From the NCBI GenBank assembly GCA_965238075.1, contig OZ250173.1, positions 2,304,001 to 2,368,000 on the forward strand: a DNA stretch of 64,000 nucleotides, in the 5' to 3' direction. This stretch comes from Candidatus Entotheonellaceae bacterium (lineage in GTDB: Bacteria > Tectomicrobia > Entotheonellia > Entotheonellales > Entotheonellaceae). Below, piece after piece: positions 1 through 9,784 of the stretch. Position 1 is the first letter of the stretch, and every line of letters begins with the position of its first letter. A program made the position numbers and the translations under genes. Under the pieces are notes generated by a model that was not told the DNA's origin, made no database searches, and saw nothing but the letters and a program-made list of their open reading frames with translations.

Positions 1-2
1 CG

Positions 3-875
3 ATCACGCGGCTGTCGTCGGACGACCGGGAAAACGAGCGCATCTGGGAGTCCATGCCGGAGCTGGATGCCCTCAATCGTGTCGGTAAGGCAAAGCCCGG
101 CGCCACCGTCCTGGCCGTGACCGGCGAGTCCTCCGAGGATGGCTCCGGGGCGCCACTGCTGGCCATGCAATCCGTTGGCGAGGGCCGTACCCTGGCGCTG
201 ATGAGCGATTACACCTGGAAGTGGAATTTCCAACTGGCCGGCCGCATGGACTCGAACCAGTACTACCTGCAGTTCATCCGCCAGATGGTGCGCTGGCTCA
301 TCCACGACCCGGTTCTGAAACAGGTCCGCAGCATGGCCGACGCCCGCGAATTCCCCGTCGGCAGCGAAGTCACCGGCCTGTTCCAGGTGCTGCAGGACGA
401 TTACCGCCCCGCCACGGAGGCCGTTTTGCGCCCCACCTTGCGCACCCCTAGGGGGCAGGAGATGGCCGTGCCGTACCGCCCGACCGGCAATCCGGGTGAA
501 TACCGTTATCGCTTCCGGGCCGAGGAGGAGGGGCTGTACGAGCTCGACGTGCAGGCGCAGATTATGGACAAAACGCACGAGGCCAACCGGTTGCTGCTGC
601 CCGTCCGACGTCCGGGCAACGAAAACCATCACGGCGCACCGAACCACGACCTGCTGCGCGACATCGCCGACCGCACGGACGGCACCTTCTTTACCCTGGA
701 CGACCGCGCCCGGCCCACCCTCGCCAGTCTGGCGCAGTTCTTCGGCGGCGAGCCGGATTACCGCGTGCTGGAAGAGAGCCGACTGCGCTTGCGCGAATCC
801 CTGCCGCTGTTCCTGGTGCTTCTCACCGTTTTGGCCGTCGAGTGGTGGTGGCGGCGGCGTGTTGGGTTGCTGTAG
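3..875 (+). CDS. C-terminal part of a membrane-anchored protein (glutamine-amidotransferase-like/VWA-associated type); 5' end lies outside the window
   Basis: Frame open from base 3. GEGRTLAL..W.W motif and C-terminal TM segment ending LAVEWWWRRRVGLL, typical of this family. Confidence 0.6.
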   Translation: MTRLSSDDRENERIWESMPELDALNRVGKAKPGATVLAVTGESSEDGSGAPLLAMQSVGEGRTLALMSDYTWKWNFQLAGRMDSNQYYLQFIRQMVRWLIHDPVLKQVRSMADAREFPVGSEVTGLFQVLQDDYRPATEAVLRPTLRTPRGQEMAVPYRPTGNPGEYRYRFRAEEEGLYELDVQAQIMDKTHEANRLLLPVRRPGNENHHGAPNHDLLRDIADRTDGTFFTLDDRARPTLASLAQFFGGEPDYRVLEESRLRLRESLPLFLVLLTVLAVEWWWRRRVGLL

Positions 876-972
876 GGCGTGCCTGGGTTTGAGGGAATTG
901 CCAATGGCTCCCGTTCAAGCTGGAGGCGGGTTCTGCCGGGCCGCATACAGAATAATGGAAATAGATTCCCAG

Positions 973-1066
973 AGCGTCACTCCCGCGAAAGCGGGAGTCC
1001 AGGGTTTCTGGGGGCCGGGAGCCGAGCCGGAATCACTGGTTTTCGGGTCAAGCCCGGAATGACGCT
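973..1066. repeat. Palindromic REP/RPE-like element, family A
   Basis: GTCACTCCCGCGAAAGCGGGAGTCC ... CGGGTCAAGCCCGGAATGAC: two hairpins with complementary ends (AGCGTCA/TGACGCT). Related copy at 62513-62594. Confidence 0.75.
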
Positions 1067-1104
1067 TTGGGTGCTGGATAGGCTCTCTTCATAGGATCGA
1101 GGAG

Positions 1105-1305
1105 ATGATGACGCCCGAGGAAATTCAGGCTCTGCGCGAGCATACGGAAATGACCCACGTGCAGATGGCGCAACTCTTTCGCGTGCGGCCGGCGGATGTG
1201 ATCGCCTGGGAGAACGGCGAGTTGGAACCCAGCGATGAGGAGTTGGAGAAGTTGCAGCGGTTGTCGGCCTCCGGGGCCAAGAAGGCCCGGTTCAAATTCA
1301 ATTAG
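1105..1305 (+). CDS. Small Cro/C1 (XRE) helix-turn-helix protein
   Basis: EIQALRE..MTHVQMAQLFRV...VIAWENG..P pattern; GAGGAG SD. Confidence 0.75.
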   Translation: MMTPEEIQALREHTEMTHVQMAQLFRVRPADVIAWENGELEPSDEELEKLQRLSASGAKKARFKFN

Positions 1306-1335
1306 GTCGCGGGCCGACATTCTTTTCCTTTTGAA

Positions 1336-1369
1336 GGACATTTTTGTTACGCTTGACACAAAAATGCCC
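1336..1369. promoter_or_regulatory. Inverted repeat, putative enhancer-binding-protein (NtrC-type) site
   Basis: GGACATTTTTGT-N10-ACAAAAATGCCC (11/12 match), about 90-120 bp upstream of the sigma54 promoter. Confidence 0.55.
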
Positions 1370-1456
1370 CGACCCAGTGATGGTGTTTCCTACCCCGAGC
1401 CGTCCGCAAGGCCGCCAAGCCGCTATCTGCGAGGTTTTGGGCCATGTCATCGTTTG

Positions 1457-1472
1457 TGGCATGGATATTGCT
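1457..1472 (+). promoter_or_regulatory. sigma54 (-24/-12) promoter of glnB-glnA
   Basis: TGGCATGGATATTGCT with GG at 1458 and GC at 1470, canonical spacing. Confidence 0.85.
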
Positions 1473-1493
1473 GATTTGTTGTTTGACTCATAG

Positions 1494-1964
<471 letters not shown>

Positions 1965-2020
1965 GCGATGTCGGCTGGCGCTGCATCCGTTGGTGTACGT
2001 TAAGAAAGGAGGCAATTGTT

Positions 2021-3433
2021 ATGACACCGAGTGAAGTACTCAAATTGGCTGCGGACAAGGGGGCCAAGGTCTTCGACTTGCGTTTTCTGGATTTCCCGGG
2101 CCTGTGGCAGCACATGACCCATCCCATCAGCGAGCTCACCGAGGACGTGTTCGCCGAGGGCCTTGGCTTCGACGGCTCCAGCATCCGCGGCTGGCAGGCG
2201 ATCGACGCCAGCGACATGCTGGTGATGCCCGATCCCACCACGGCCCGCATGGACCCGTTCATGAAAGAGCCCACCCTGGTGATGATCTGCGATATCGTGG
2301 ACCCGTTGACTTACGAGCGCTACACCCGCGACCCGCGCAACATCGCCAAGAAGGCCGAGGCCTACGTGAAGGCCGGCGGTCTCGCGGATACGGCCTACGT
2401 GGGGCCGGAAGCGGAATTTTTCATTCTGGACGACATCCGCTACGACAGCAACGAGCATTCGGCGTATTACTTCGTGGATTCGGTGGAAGGGCAGTGGAAC
2501 ACCGGGCGCGTCGAGGGGCCCAACCTGGGTTACAAGCCGCGCTTCAAGGAAGGCTACTTCCCGGTGCCGCCCGCAGACAGCATGCACGACATCCGCACCG
2601 AGATGATCCTGACCATGGAGAAGCTGGGCATCCGCGTCGAGACGCATCACCACGAGGTCGCCACCGCCGGTCAGGCCGAGATCGACATGCGTTTCAACTC
2701 GCTGGTGACCATGGCCGACAATCTCATGTGGTACAAGTACATCATCAAGAACGTGGCGCGGCGCCATAATAAGACGGTCACGTTCATGCCCAAGCCGCTA
2801 TTCAACGACAACGGCAGCGGCATGCATGTGCACCAGAGTCTGTGGAAGGACGGCGAGCCGTTGTTTGCGGGCGACGGCTATGCCGGGGTCAGTCAGATGT
2901 GCCTCAACTACATCGGCGGCATCCTCAAACACGCCCCGGCGCTGTGCGCCTTCGTGGCGCCAACGACCAACTCGTACAAGCGCCTGGTGCCGGGTTTCGA
3001 GGCGCCGGTGAACCTGGCGTATTCCAGCCGCAACCGCAGCGCGGCGGTGCGCATCCCCATGTACTCGTCGAGCCCGAAGGCGAAGCGCATCGAGGTGCGC
3101 TTCCCCGATCCGTCCTGCAACGGCTACCTGGCCTTTTCCGCCATGCTGATGGCGGGCCTGGACGGCATCGAAAACCGCATCGACCCCGGCGAACCGCTGG
3201 ACAAGGACATTTACGCCCTCACGCCTGCGGAACTCAGCAAGGTTCCCTCCGTGCCGGGTTCGCTCGAAGGCGCCCTCGACGCTCTGGAACAGGACCACGA
3301 CTTCCTGCTCAAGGGCGACGTGTTCACCGCCGATGCCATCGACACGTGGCTCGATTACAAACGCACGAATGAAGTGAATGAGGTCCGCCTGCGGCCGCAT
3401 CCGTTCGAGTTCAAGCTGTACTTCGATATCTAG
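2021..3433 (+). CDS. glnA: Glutamine synthetase type I
   Basis: [42 protein letters not shown], adenylylation-loop DKDIY. Confidence 0.98.
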   Translation: MTPSEVLKLAADKGAKVFDLRFLDFPGLWQHMTHPISELTEDVFAEGLGFDGSSIRGWQAIDASDMLVMPDPTTARMDPFMKEPTLVMICDIVDPLTYERYTRDPRNIAKKAEAYVKAGGLADTAYVGPEAEFFILDDIRYDSNEHSAYYFVDSVEGQWNTGRVEGPNLGYKPRFKEGYFPVPPADSMHDIRTEMILTMEKLGIRVETHHHEVATAGQAEIDMRFNSLVTMADNLMWYKYIIKNVARRHNKTVTFMPKPLFNDNGSGMHVHQSLWKDGEPLFAGDGYAGVSQMCLNYIGGILKHAPALCAFVAPTTNSYKRLVPGFEAPVNLAYSSRNRSAAVRIPMYSSSPKAKRIEVRFPDPSCNGYLAFSAMLMAGLDGIENRIDPGEPLDKDIYALTPAELSKVPSVPGSLEGALDALEQDHDFLLKGDVFTADAIDTWLDYKRTNEVNEVRLRPHPFEFKLYFDI

Positions 3434-3482
3434 AATACGTTTGGATCAAGACGGCTTAACTTAGGGCTTTCCCCCTTCCGAT

Positions 3483-3520
3483 TCCCTCCCCCCTTGAGGG
3501 GGAGGATTAGGGTGGGGGGT
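3483..3520. repeat. REP-like element, family B (CCCTC..GAGGG..GGGTG)
   Basis: CCCTCCCCCCTTGAGGGGGAGGATTAGGGTGGGGG between convergent genes; related copy at 6343-6381. Confidence 0.65.
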
Positions 3521-3566
3521 CGCTCCCGCTGGCACCCGATCCCGCCTTTTGAGGAGAGGGGGGGTA

Positions 3567-3740
3567 TCACGCCTCCTTCTTGCCGGCGAAATGCCGCAGC
3601 AGGAACGCCGCATCGGCGGGAGAGAGATCGAAACGCAGACTGGCTTCATCCACCACCTTCACCGAGAAGGTCCCCTGTTCGGAAATCCACCGCACCGCCC
3701 GCCGCAGGTTTTCCTTTTCCGGTAGTATTGTTTCACCCAT
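3567..3740 (-). CDS. Small conserved hypothetical protein (57 aa)
   Basis: MGETILPEKENLRRAVRWISE...VDEASLRFDLSPADAAFL; SD GGAAAGGA before the ATG at 3740. Resembles a small deltaproteobacterial family (from memory, unverified). Confidence 0.7.
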   Translation of the reverse strand: MGETILPEKENLRRAVRWISEQGTFSVKVVDEASLRFDLSPADAAFLLRHFAGKKEA

Positions 3741-3831
3741 AATCATCCTTTCCATGACATGGCCGCCATCTGCAGGCCGCCCGCTCCGCTCTGATTGAAC
3801 CCGACGTGCTGGCACGGAGACCCCACCAACC

Positions 3832-5031
3832 ATGACCGCAGCCCTGCAGGGCATCCGGGTGCTGGACCTTTCGCGCTACGTGGCCGGCGCCTATTGCGCC
3901 AAGTTGCTGGCGGCGTTCGGGGCCGAGGTGATCAAGGTCGAGCCGCCCGGCACGGGCGATCCGGCGCGCGCCATGGGGCCGTTTCTGCATGGCCGGCTCA
4001 ACCCGGAAACGAGCGCGCTGTTCCTCTACCTCAATCCCGGCAAGCAGGGCCTGACGCTCAATCTCAAGCACCCGCAGGGCCGGGACATTCTCCAGGCACT
4101 GGTTCGGGACACCGACGTGTTGGTTGAAAATTTCACGCCGCGTGTGATGCCGGCGCTCGGTTTGGATTACGCTACCCTGAGCGCCGTCAACCCGCGCTTG
4201 ATCATGGTGTCCATCAGCAGCTTCGGGCAGAGCGGACCGTATCGCGACTACAGGGCCAATGACATGATCTCGTACGCCTTGGGGGGTTACATGTACCTCA
4301 ACGGCCACCCGCAGCGACCGCCCTTGAGCGGGGGCGGCCATCAGCCGGCCTATCAGGGTGCCCTGCATGGCTACAGCGGCGCCATGGCGGCGCTCATGTC
4401 GCGGGAACAAAGCGGGCAGGGCCAGCACGTGGACATCTCGATCCAGGAATGCATGGCCTCCATCCACCAGTTTACCATCAACCGCTATGTGTACGTCGGA
4501 CGCATTCAGAAACGCCTTGGGAACCGCTATCAACGCGCTCATCCGATTACCATCTATCCCTGCAAGGACGGCCTGATCTCCCTGGCCGTCAGCACGCAGG
4601 AGCAATACGAGCGGTTCCTGGCCCTGGCCGGTCTGACGGCCTTGCTGGAGGATGCGCGGTTTGCCACGCCGTTCGCGTGCTCCGAGCATGCCGCGTCGTT
4701 TGACGAAAGTCTTGCCCCCTGGTTGCAGGCGAACGGCAAGCACGACATCGTGCATCGTTGTCAGGAAAACCGTATCCCGGCGGCCTTCGTCAACGACGTT
4801 GCCGAGGTGATGGACGACCCGCAGTACCAGTTCCGCGGCTTCTGGCACGATTTGGACCACCCCGTCGCCGGTCGTCAGACGTACGCCGGCTTTCCCTTCC
4901 ACATGACCGCAACGCCGCCGGTGCTGCAGCGGGCGTGTCTGTTGGGCGAACATACCCAGGACATCCTGGCCGCGCGGCTGGGCTGCAGCCACGTTCAACT
5001 GGCCGACTGGCGGACGCAGGGGGTCATCTAG
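3832..5031 (+). CDS. CaiB/BaiF family III CoA-transferase
   Basis: LQGIRVLDLS, GAEVIKVEPP..GD, DVLVENF.P, GQGQHVDIS. Confidence 0.92.
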   Translation: MTAALQGIRVLDLSRYVAGAYCAKLLAAFGAEVIKVEPPGTGDPARAMGPFLHGRLNPETSALFLYLNPGKQGLTLNLKHPQGRDILQALVRDTDVLVENFTPRVMPALGLDYATLSAVNPRLIMVSISSFGQSGPYRDYRANDMISYALGGYMYLNGHPQRPPLSGGGHQPAYQGALHGYSGAMAALMSREQSGQGQHVDISIQECMASIHQFTINRYVYVGRIQKRLGNRYQRAHPITIYPCKDGLISLAVSTQEQYERFLALAGLTALLEDARFATPFACSEHAASFDESLAPWLQANGKHDIVHRCQENRIPAAFVNDVAEVMDDPQYQFRGFWHDLDHPVAGRQTYAGFPFHMTATPPVLQRACLLGEHTQDILAARLGCSHVQLADWRTQGVI

Positions 5032-5051
5032 GGCGAGGAAAGGGGCCTGCC

Positions 5052-6316
5052 ATGAACGGTGCGCTGCACGGTGTGCGCATGATCGATATGACCCGGGTAT
5101 GGGCCGGTCCTCACGCCACCCGGATGCTGGCCGACGTGGGAGCCGAAGTGATCCACGTCACCAGCCGCAAGCTGGTCGGCCCCCTCACCGTTACCCGGGA
5201 GACGGCCCGTATTCTGGGGGTCTATCCCGACGACGAGCCGGGCGAGCGGCATTGGAACCGTAACTCGCAAACCAATGACCTGATGCGCAACAAGTACGAC
5301 ATCACACTGGAGCTGGATACCCCCGACGGCCTGTCGTTGTTGCGCCGCCTCATCGCCATCAGCGACGTGGTGATCGAGAACTACAGCCCGCGCGTCATGC
5401 CCAAGTTTGGCCTGGATTATCCCCGCCTGCAGGAATTGAACCCCCGGATCATCTTGTGCTCGATGCCGGGCTACGGTTCCCAGGGACCCTACCGCGGCTT
5501 CATCTCCTACGGTACGAACGTGGACCCGGCAGCGGGACTTGCCAGTCTGATGGGCTACCCCGGTGAAGCGCCGCACATGAGCGGCAATGCCTACCCGGAT
5601 CCGGTGGCCGGCCTGTTCGCCGTCGGTGCCATCTTGACGGCGCTGTATCACCAACGGCGCACCGGGCAGGGGCAGCACATCGACCTCTCCCAGGCCGAGG
5701 CGACCACCGCCCTGCTGGGTGAGGTTTCGCTTGGCACCCGGCTGAACGACGTCGTCCCGCCCCGCATGGGGAACCGTCATCCGCGCCAGGCGCCGCATGG
5801 ATGCTATCCTTGCGCGGTGACGACACCTGGGTGGCCATTGCCGTGCGCAGCGACGAGGAATGGCACGCCTTTACGCGTGTCCTGGGCCATGCGGCCTGGT
5901 GTGCTGAGGCTCGTTTTGCCACGTTGCCCGGGCGCTTGCAACACCACGATGAGTTGGACCGCCATATCACCGCCTGGACGGTGAAACAGGACGCCTACCA
6001 CGTGATGCACACCTTGCAGAACGCCGGTGTGCCGGCCGGCGTGGTCGTCAACGCCGAGGAGTTGGTCAACGACCCGCACTTACACGCCCGCCATTTCTTC
6101 TGGGACATCGATCATCCCGAAGCGGGTATGCGACGTTACGCCGGTCAGCCGGTGCGGTTATCGGCGACCCCGGCACGGCTCTATCGCTCGGCGCCTTGTC
6201 TGGGGCAGCACAATGACCAGGTGCTGGGCGGATTGCTCGGGCTGTCAGCCGACGAACTCGCCGCCCTGCGCGACAAAGGCGTGATTGGCGATCATCCTTT
6301 GCCGCGAAATGGATGA
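5052..6316 (+). CDS. CaiB/BaiF family III CoA-transferase, frameshifted near 5813
   Basis: N-part MNGALHGVRMIDMTRVWAGP...HGCYPC continues as RGDDTWVAIAV in the -1 frame; one C is missing at TGC(C)GC. Confidence 0.85.
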
Positions 6317-6342
6317 CCCGCCGTCACGCCGTTGGTTTATGT

Positions 6343-6381
6343 TCCCTCGCCCCTGGAGGGAGAGGGTTGGGGTGAGGGGGA
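6343..6381. repeat. REP-like element, family B
   Basis: TCCCTCGCCCCTGGAGGGAGAGGGTTGGGGTGAGGGGG. Confidence 0.65.
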
Positions 6382-6478
6382 AAGCGGAAGTGAGACACGA
6401 TCCAGATGCGAGCCGTCATAATCCGAAAACGATCTGGCGAGCGCGCCTCAGAGTGGATGTTTCAAGGAGGGTAAGACA

Positions 6479-7378
6479 GTGATCGAGATACGACCCATGT
6501 CGATTCATATCGGCGCGGAAATTCACGGTGTCGATCTGACCCAACCGCTGGCGTCGGAAGCGGTGCAAGAGATTCGCGCGGCCCTGCTGCAGTGGAAGGT
6601 GGTGTTTTTTCGCGACCAACACCTCAATCATCAACAGCAGACCGACTTTGCCCGGCAGTTCGGCCAACTCACCCCTGGGCACGTGGTGTTTGGCAACGAC
6701 GCCACCTATCCGGCCGTTTACTCGGTGGCCAAACACCGCATGGCGAATCGCCACCAACGCCAAGGGGTGATGAAGCCCTGGACGGGTTGGCACACCGACA
6801 TCACCGCCGCCATTAACCCACCAGCCGCCTCCATTTTGCGCGGCGAGATTGTTCCACCCTACGGCGGCGACACGCAATGGACCAACCTGGTGGTCGCCTA
6901 TGCGAACCTGTCGCCCACCTTGCAGGGCTTTATCGACGAGTTGCGCGCCGTGCACCGCTATGCCGCCCCGCAAACCGCCCAGGATACCGAGGAATATAAC
7001 GAACTGGTGCGCCGCTGTACGCTGGTGAGTGAGCACCCGCTGGTGCGGGTCCATCCCGAAACGGGCGAGCGCGCCCTGTATTGCAGCCCGTCGTTTCTCA
7101 AGTCAATCGTTGGCCTGACGCCGCGCGAGAGCGAGCAATTGCTGGAACTCCTATGGGAACACGCCATCCGGCCGGAATTCACGGTGCGCTTCAAGTGGGA
7201 ACCGGGCAGCCTGGCGTTTTGGGACAATCGCTCGACCGCCCACCTCGCCCCGCGCGATATCTTTGCGACCGATTTTGATCGGCAGTTCTACCGCATCACC
7301 CTCATGGGCGACATCCCGGTGGGGGTTGACGGCAAGGAGTCCGTGTCGGTCGCCGGCGATCCCATCACGTCTGTATGA
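6479..7378 (+). CDS. TauD/TfdA family Fe(II)/2-oxoglutarate dioxygenase
   Basis: GAEIHGVDL, WHTD (HxD), GGDTQW, HPLVRVHPETG, WDNRSTAH. Confidence 0.93.
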   Translation: MIEIRPMSIHIGAEIHGVDLTQPLASEAVQEIRAALLQWKVVFFRDQHLNHQQQTDFARQFGQLTPGHVVFGNDATYPAVYSVAKHRMANRHQRQGVMKPWTGWHTDITAAINPPAASILRGEIVPPYGGDTQWTNLVVAYANLSPTLQGFIDELRAVHRYAAPQTAQDTEEYNELVRRCTLVSEHPLVRVHPETGERALYCSPSFLKSIVGLTPRESEQLLELLWEHAIRPEFTVRFKWEPGSLAFWDNRSTAHLAPRDIFATDFDRQFYRITLMGDIPVGVDGKESVSVAGDPITSV

Positions 7379-7416
7379 AAGGCGCCTGCCACAGCCATTG
7401 CCCGGCGTTTGGGCAC

Positions 7417-7449
7417 AAAAAAACCCCGGAGGCGGGATGCCTCCGGGGT
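7417..7449 (-). terminator. Rho-independent terminator of a minus-strand small transcript
   Basis: 11-bp stem ACCCCGGAGGC/GCCTCCGGGGT with an A7 run on the plus strand (U-tract on minus). Confidence 0.85.
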
Positions 7450-7515
7450 CGCGGTGGGCTGCTTGGACTAGCCGAGGCACGTGTGTGCCGACGCCTATGC
7501 GCCCAAGCCGATGCC

Positions 7516-7551
7516 TCAAGCCTCAGCCACCTCGCTGATCGTGTGTTGCAT
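7516..7551 (-). CDS. Putative small ORF MQHTISEVAEA (11 aa) inside a ~170-nt structured transcript
   Basis: SD AGAAAGGAGGTGATC directly upstream of the ATG; own promoter and terminator. Confidence 0.5.
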   Translation of the reverse strand: MQHTISEVAEA

Positions 7552-7579
7552 TAGATCACCTCCTTTCTTGCGTGCCGCA

Positions 7580-7607
7580 AGCATACCATTCCGCAACGTC
7601 GTGTCAA
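7580..7607 (-). promoter_or_regulatory. sigma70-type promoter of the small transcript
   Basis: TTGACA-N16-TATGCT with extended -10 TG. Confidence 0.7.
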
Positions 7608-7669
7608 GCGCCATTTAGGTGGCCCGCGGGCGGCCCTGCAAGCGGGTTCCGGGACGCCTGGACATGCCA

Positions 7670-7698
7670 TTGACTCGACTCCTAATCGCGTCTAGGAT
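7670..7698 (+). promoter_or_regulatory. sigma70-type promoter of the E1/E2 operon
   Basis: TTGACT-N17-TAGGAT. Confidence 0.6.
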
Positions 7699-7772
7699 AA
7701 ACGCCGCTCACGATCAGCCGCGGGCGGAGCCGGCTCCGCCCGCTTGCCATGGTTCAAACGGAGGACGTACTG

Positions 7773-8756
7773 ATGCCAGTTGAAGCTCCCTCGGCGGAAA
7801 AGCTTCTCGACATGTACGCGCGCATGTGGCGCATTCGCCTGTTCGAGGAACAAGCGGAATACCAGTCCAGCCAGGGTAAGGTGATGGGAGCCCTGCATAC
7901 CTACATTGGTGAAGAAGGCGTGGCAGTGCCCGTCTGCGCGCACCTGCAGGACACGGATTACATCACCAGCACCCACCGCGGCCACGGCCACTGCATTGCC
8001 AAGGGCGCCGATATCAGTCGCATGATGGCCGAGCTCTTTGGCCGCTCCACCGGTTATTGCAAGGGCAAGGGCGGCTCCATGCACATTGCCGATTTCAAGA
8101 TCGGCATGCTGGGAGCGAACGGCATCGTGGCCGGCGGGTTCGGGATCGCCACCGGCGCCGGTCTGGCGGCCCAGTTGCGCGGTAGCGGGCAGGTGGCGGT
8201 GTGCTTTTTCGGCGACGGGGCGGCCAATCGCGGTCCGTTTCACGAAAACATCAACATCGGCGCCGTATGGAAGCTGCCGGTGGTGTACGTGTGTGAGAAC
8301 AATCAATTTGCGCAGTGGACGCCGCAGAAGGACGTGACGCTGGTGACCGACATCGCCAACATGTCGCCCGCCTACGGCATCCCGGGCGTGCAGGTGGACG
8401 GCATGGACTCCCTGGCCGTGTACGAGGCGGCCGGCGAAGCGATCGACCGCGCGCGCCGGGGCGAAGGGCCGACCCTGCTGGAGTGCAAGACCTACCGCTT
8501 CCACGGCCACAATTTCGGTGACCCGCAACAGTACCGTACCCGAGAGGAAATCGCCGAGTGGTCCGACAATCGCGATCCCATCAAACAACTGGCGGCGCAC
8601 ATGCGCGACGCCGATGTGCTCAGCGACGAACAGGATCAGGACATCCAGAACACCGCGCAGGAAGAGATCACCGCAGCGGTGCGCTTTGCTGAGAGCAGCC
8701 CGTATCCAACACCGGACGAACTGTACAAAGACGTCTATTCCTACGATATCGGTTGA
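7773..8756 (+). CDS. TPP-dependent acetoin/pyruvate dehydrogenase E1 alpha subunit
   Basis: STHRGHGH, GKGGSMH, GANGIV, GDGA..N TPP motif, TYRFHGH; GGAGG SD before the ATG at 7773. Confidence 0.93.
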   Translation: MPVEAPSAEKLLDMYARMWRIRLFEEQAEYQSSQGKVMGALHTYIGEEGVAVPVCAHLQDTDYITSTHRGHGHCIAKGADISRMMAELFGRSTGYCKGKGGSMHIADFKIGMLGANGIVAGGFGIATGAGLAAQLRGSGQVAVCFFGDGAANRGPFHENINIGAVWKLPVVYVCENNQFAQWTPQKDVTLVTDIANMSPAYGIPGVQVDGMDSLAVYEAAGEAIDRARRGEGPTLLECKTYRFHGHNFGDPQQYRTREEIAEWSDNRDPIKQLAAHMRDADVLSDEQDQDIQNTAQEEITAAVRFAESSPYPTPDELYKDVYSYDIG

Positions 8757-8799
8757 TGACACCCGGCCTGCAGGCCGGGCCTGGAAGGGGAGCTAGCTG

Positions 8800-9771
8800 A
8801 TGCCGAAAAAGAACATGCGTGACGCGCTGCGTGAGGCACTCCACGAAGAGATGGCGCGGGATGACAGCATTATCGTGCTGGGCGAGGACGTGATTGCCCA
8901 CGGCGGGCCGTATGCCGTGACGCGGGGCATCGACGAGAAATTCCCTGGACGAATTCGCCAGACGCCGATCTCCGAGGCGGGCATTGTCGGCACTGCCCTC
9001 GGCGCGGCGCTGTGCGGCATGCGTCCGGTGGCGGAGATCATGTACGTCGATTTTGCCACCTGCGCCATGGACGAGGTGGTCAATCAGATGGCCAAGGTGC
9101 GCTACATGTTCGGCGGCCAGACCGACGTGCCCGTAGTGCTGCGACTGCCGTCGGGCTCGGCGCGCTTGCTGGCGGCCCAGCATTCGCAGTGTCTGGAGGC
9201 GTGGTTCCTGCACGTGCCCGGCCTGCAGGTGGTGGTGCCGTCGACGCCGTATGACGCCAAGGGCCTGCTGAAAACCGCCCTGCGCGGCAAGGACCCGGTG
9301 CTGTTCATGGAGTACAAACGGCTGTACACCAATGAGGGCGAGGTGCCGGACGAGGACTACACGGTGCCGTTCGGGCAGGCGGACGTGAAGCGCGAAGGGC
9401 GCGACGTGACCATCGTGGCCACCGGACCCATGGTGCCGAAGGCGCTGGAAGCGGCCGGCATGCTGTCGCAAGAAGGCATCGAGGCCGAGGTGGTGGATAC
9501 TCGCACGCTGGTGCCGTTTGACAAGGCGACGGTGTTTGCTTCGGTTGAAAAGACCAACCGGGTGATCGTGACCGACGAGGAGGTGAAGCGCGGCGGCACC
9601 AGTGCCGAGATCGCTTCGCTGATTGCCGAGGAGTGTTTCGACGCGCTGGACGCGCCGGTGAAGCGCGTGGCGGCGGCGGAAGTGCCGATGCCGTTCAGCC
9701 CGGAACTGGAAAAGCTGGTGGTGCCAAAGACCGAGCATCTGGTCGCCGCGGCCCGCGAACTCGTCGGCTAG
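8800..9771 (+). CDS. Dehydrogenase E1 beta subunit
   Basis: GEDV, TPISEAGIVG, PVAEIM, AAQHSQ, PYDAKGLL. Confidence 0.93.
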   Translation: MPKKNMRDALREALHEEMARDDSIIVLGEDVIAHGGPYAVTRGIDEKFPGRIRQTPISEAGIVGTALGAALCGMRPVAEIMYVDFATCAMDEVVNQMAKVRYMFGGQTDVPVVLRLPSGSARLLAAQHSQCLEAWFLHVPGLQVVVPSTPYDAKGLLKTALRGKDPVLFMEYKRLYTNEGEVPDEDYTVPFGQADVKREGRDVTIVATGPMVPKALEAAGMLSQEGIEAEVVDTRTLVPFDKATVFASVEKTNRVIVTDEEVKRGGTSAEIASLIAEECFDALDAPVKRVAAAEVPMPFSPELEKLVVPKTEHLVAAARELVG

Positions 9772-9784
9772 AGGAGACGGGTGG

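Noticed and set aside
1105-1305. XRE gene as a complete toxin-antitoxin or prophage module
   Set aside because: No adjacent toxin, integrase or phage genes.
7554-7568. GATCACCTCCTTTCT as a 16S rRNA 3' end
   Set aside because: No other 16S sequence precedes it; it reads better as a minus-strand SD.
8762-8779. Perfect palindrome CCCGGCCTGCAGGCCGGG between E1 alpha and E1 beta
   Set aside because: Single GC-rich copy with no U-tract; at most an mRNA-stability hairpin.
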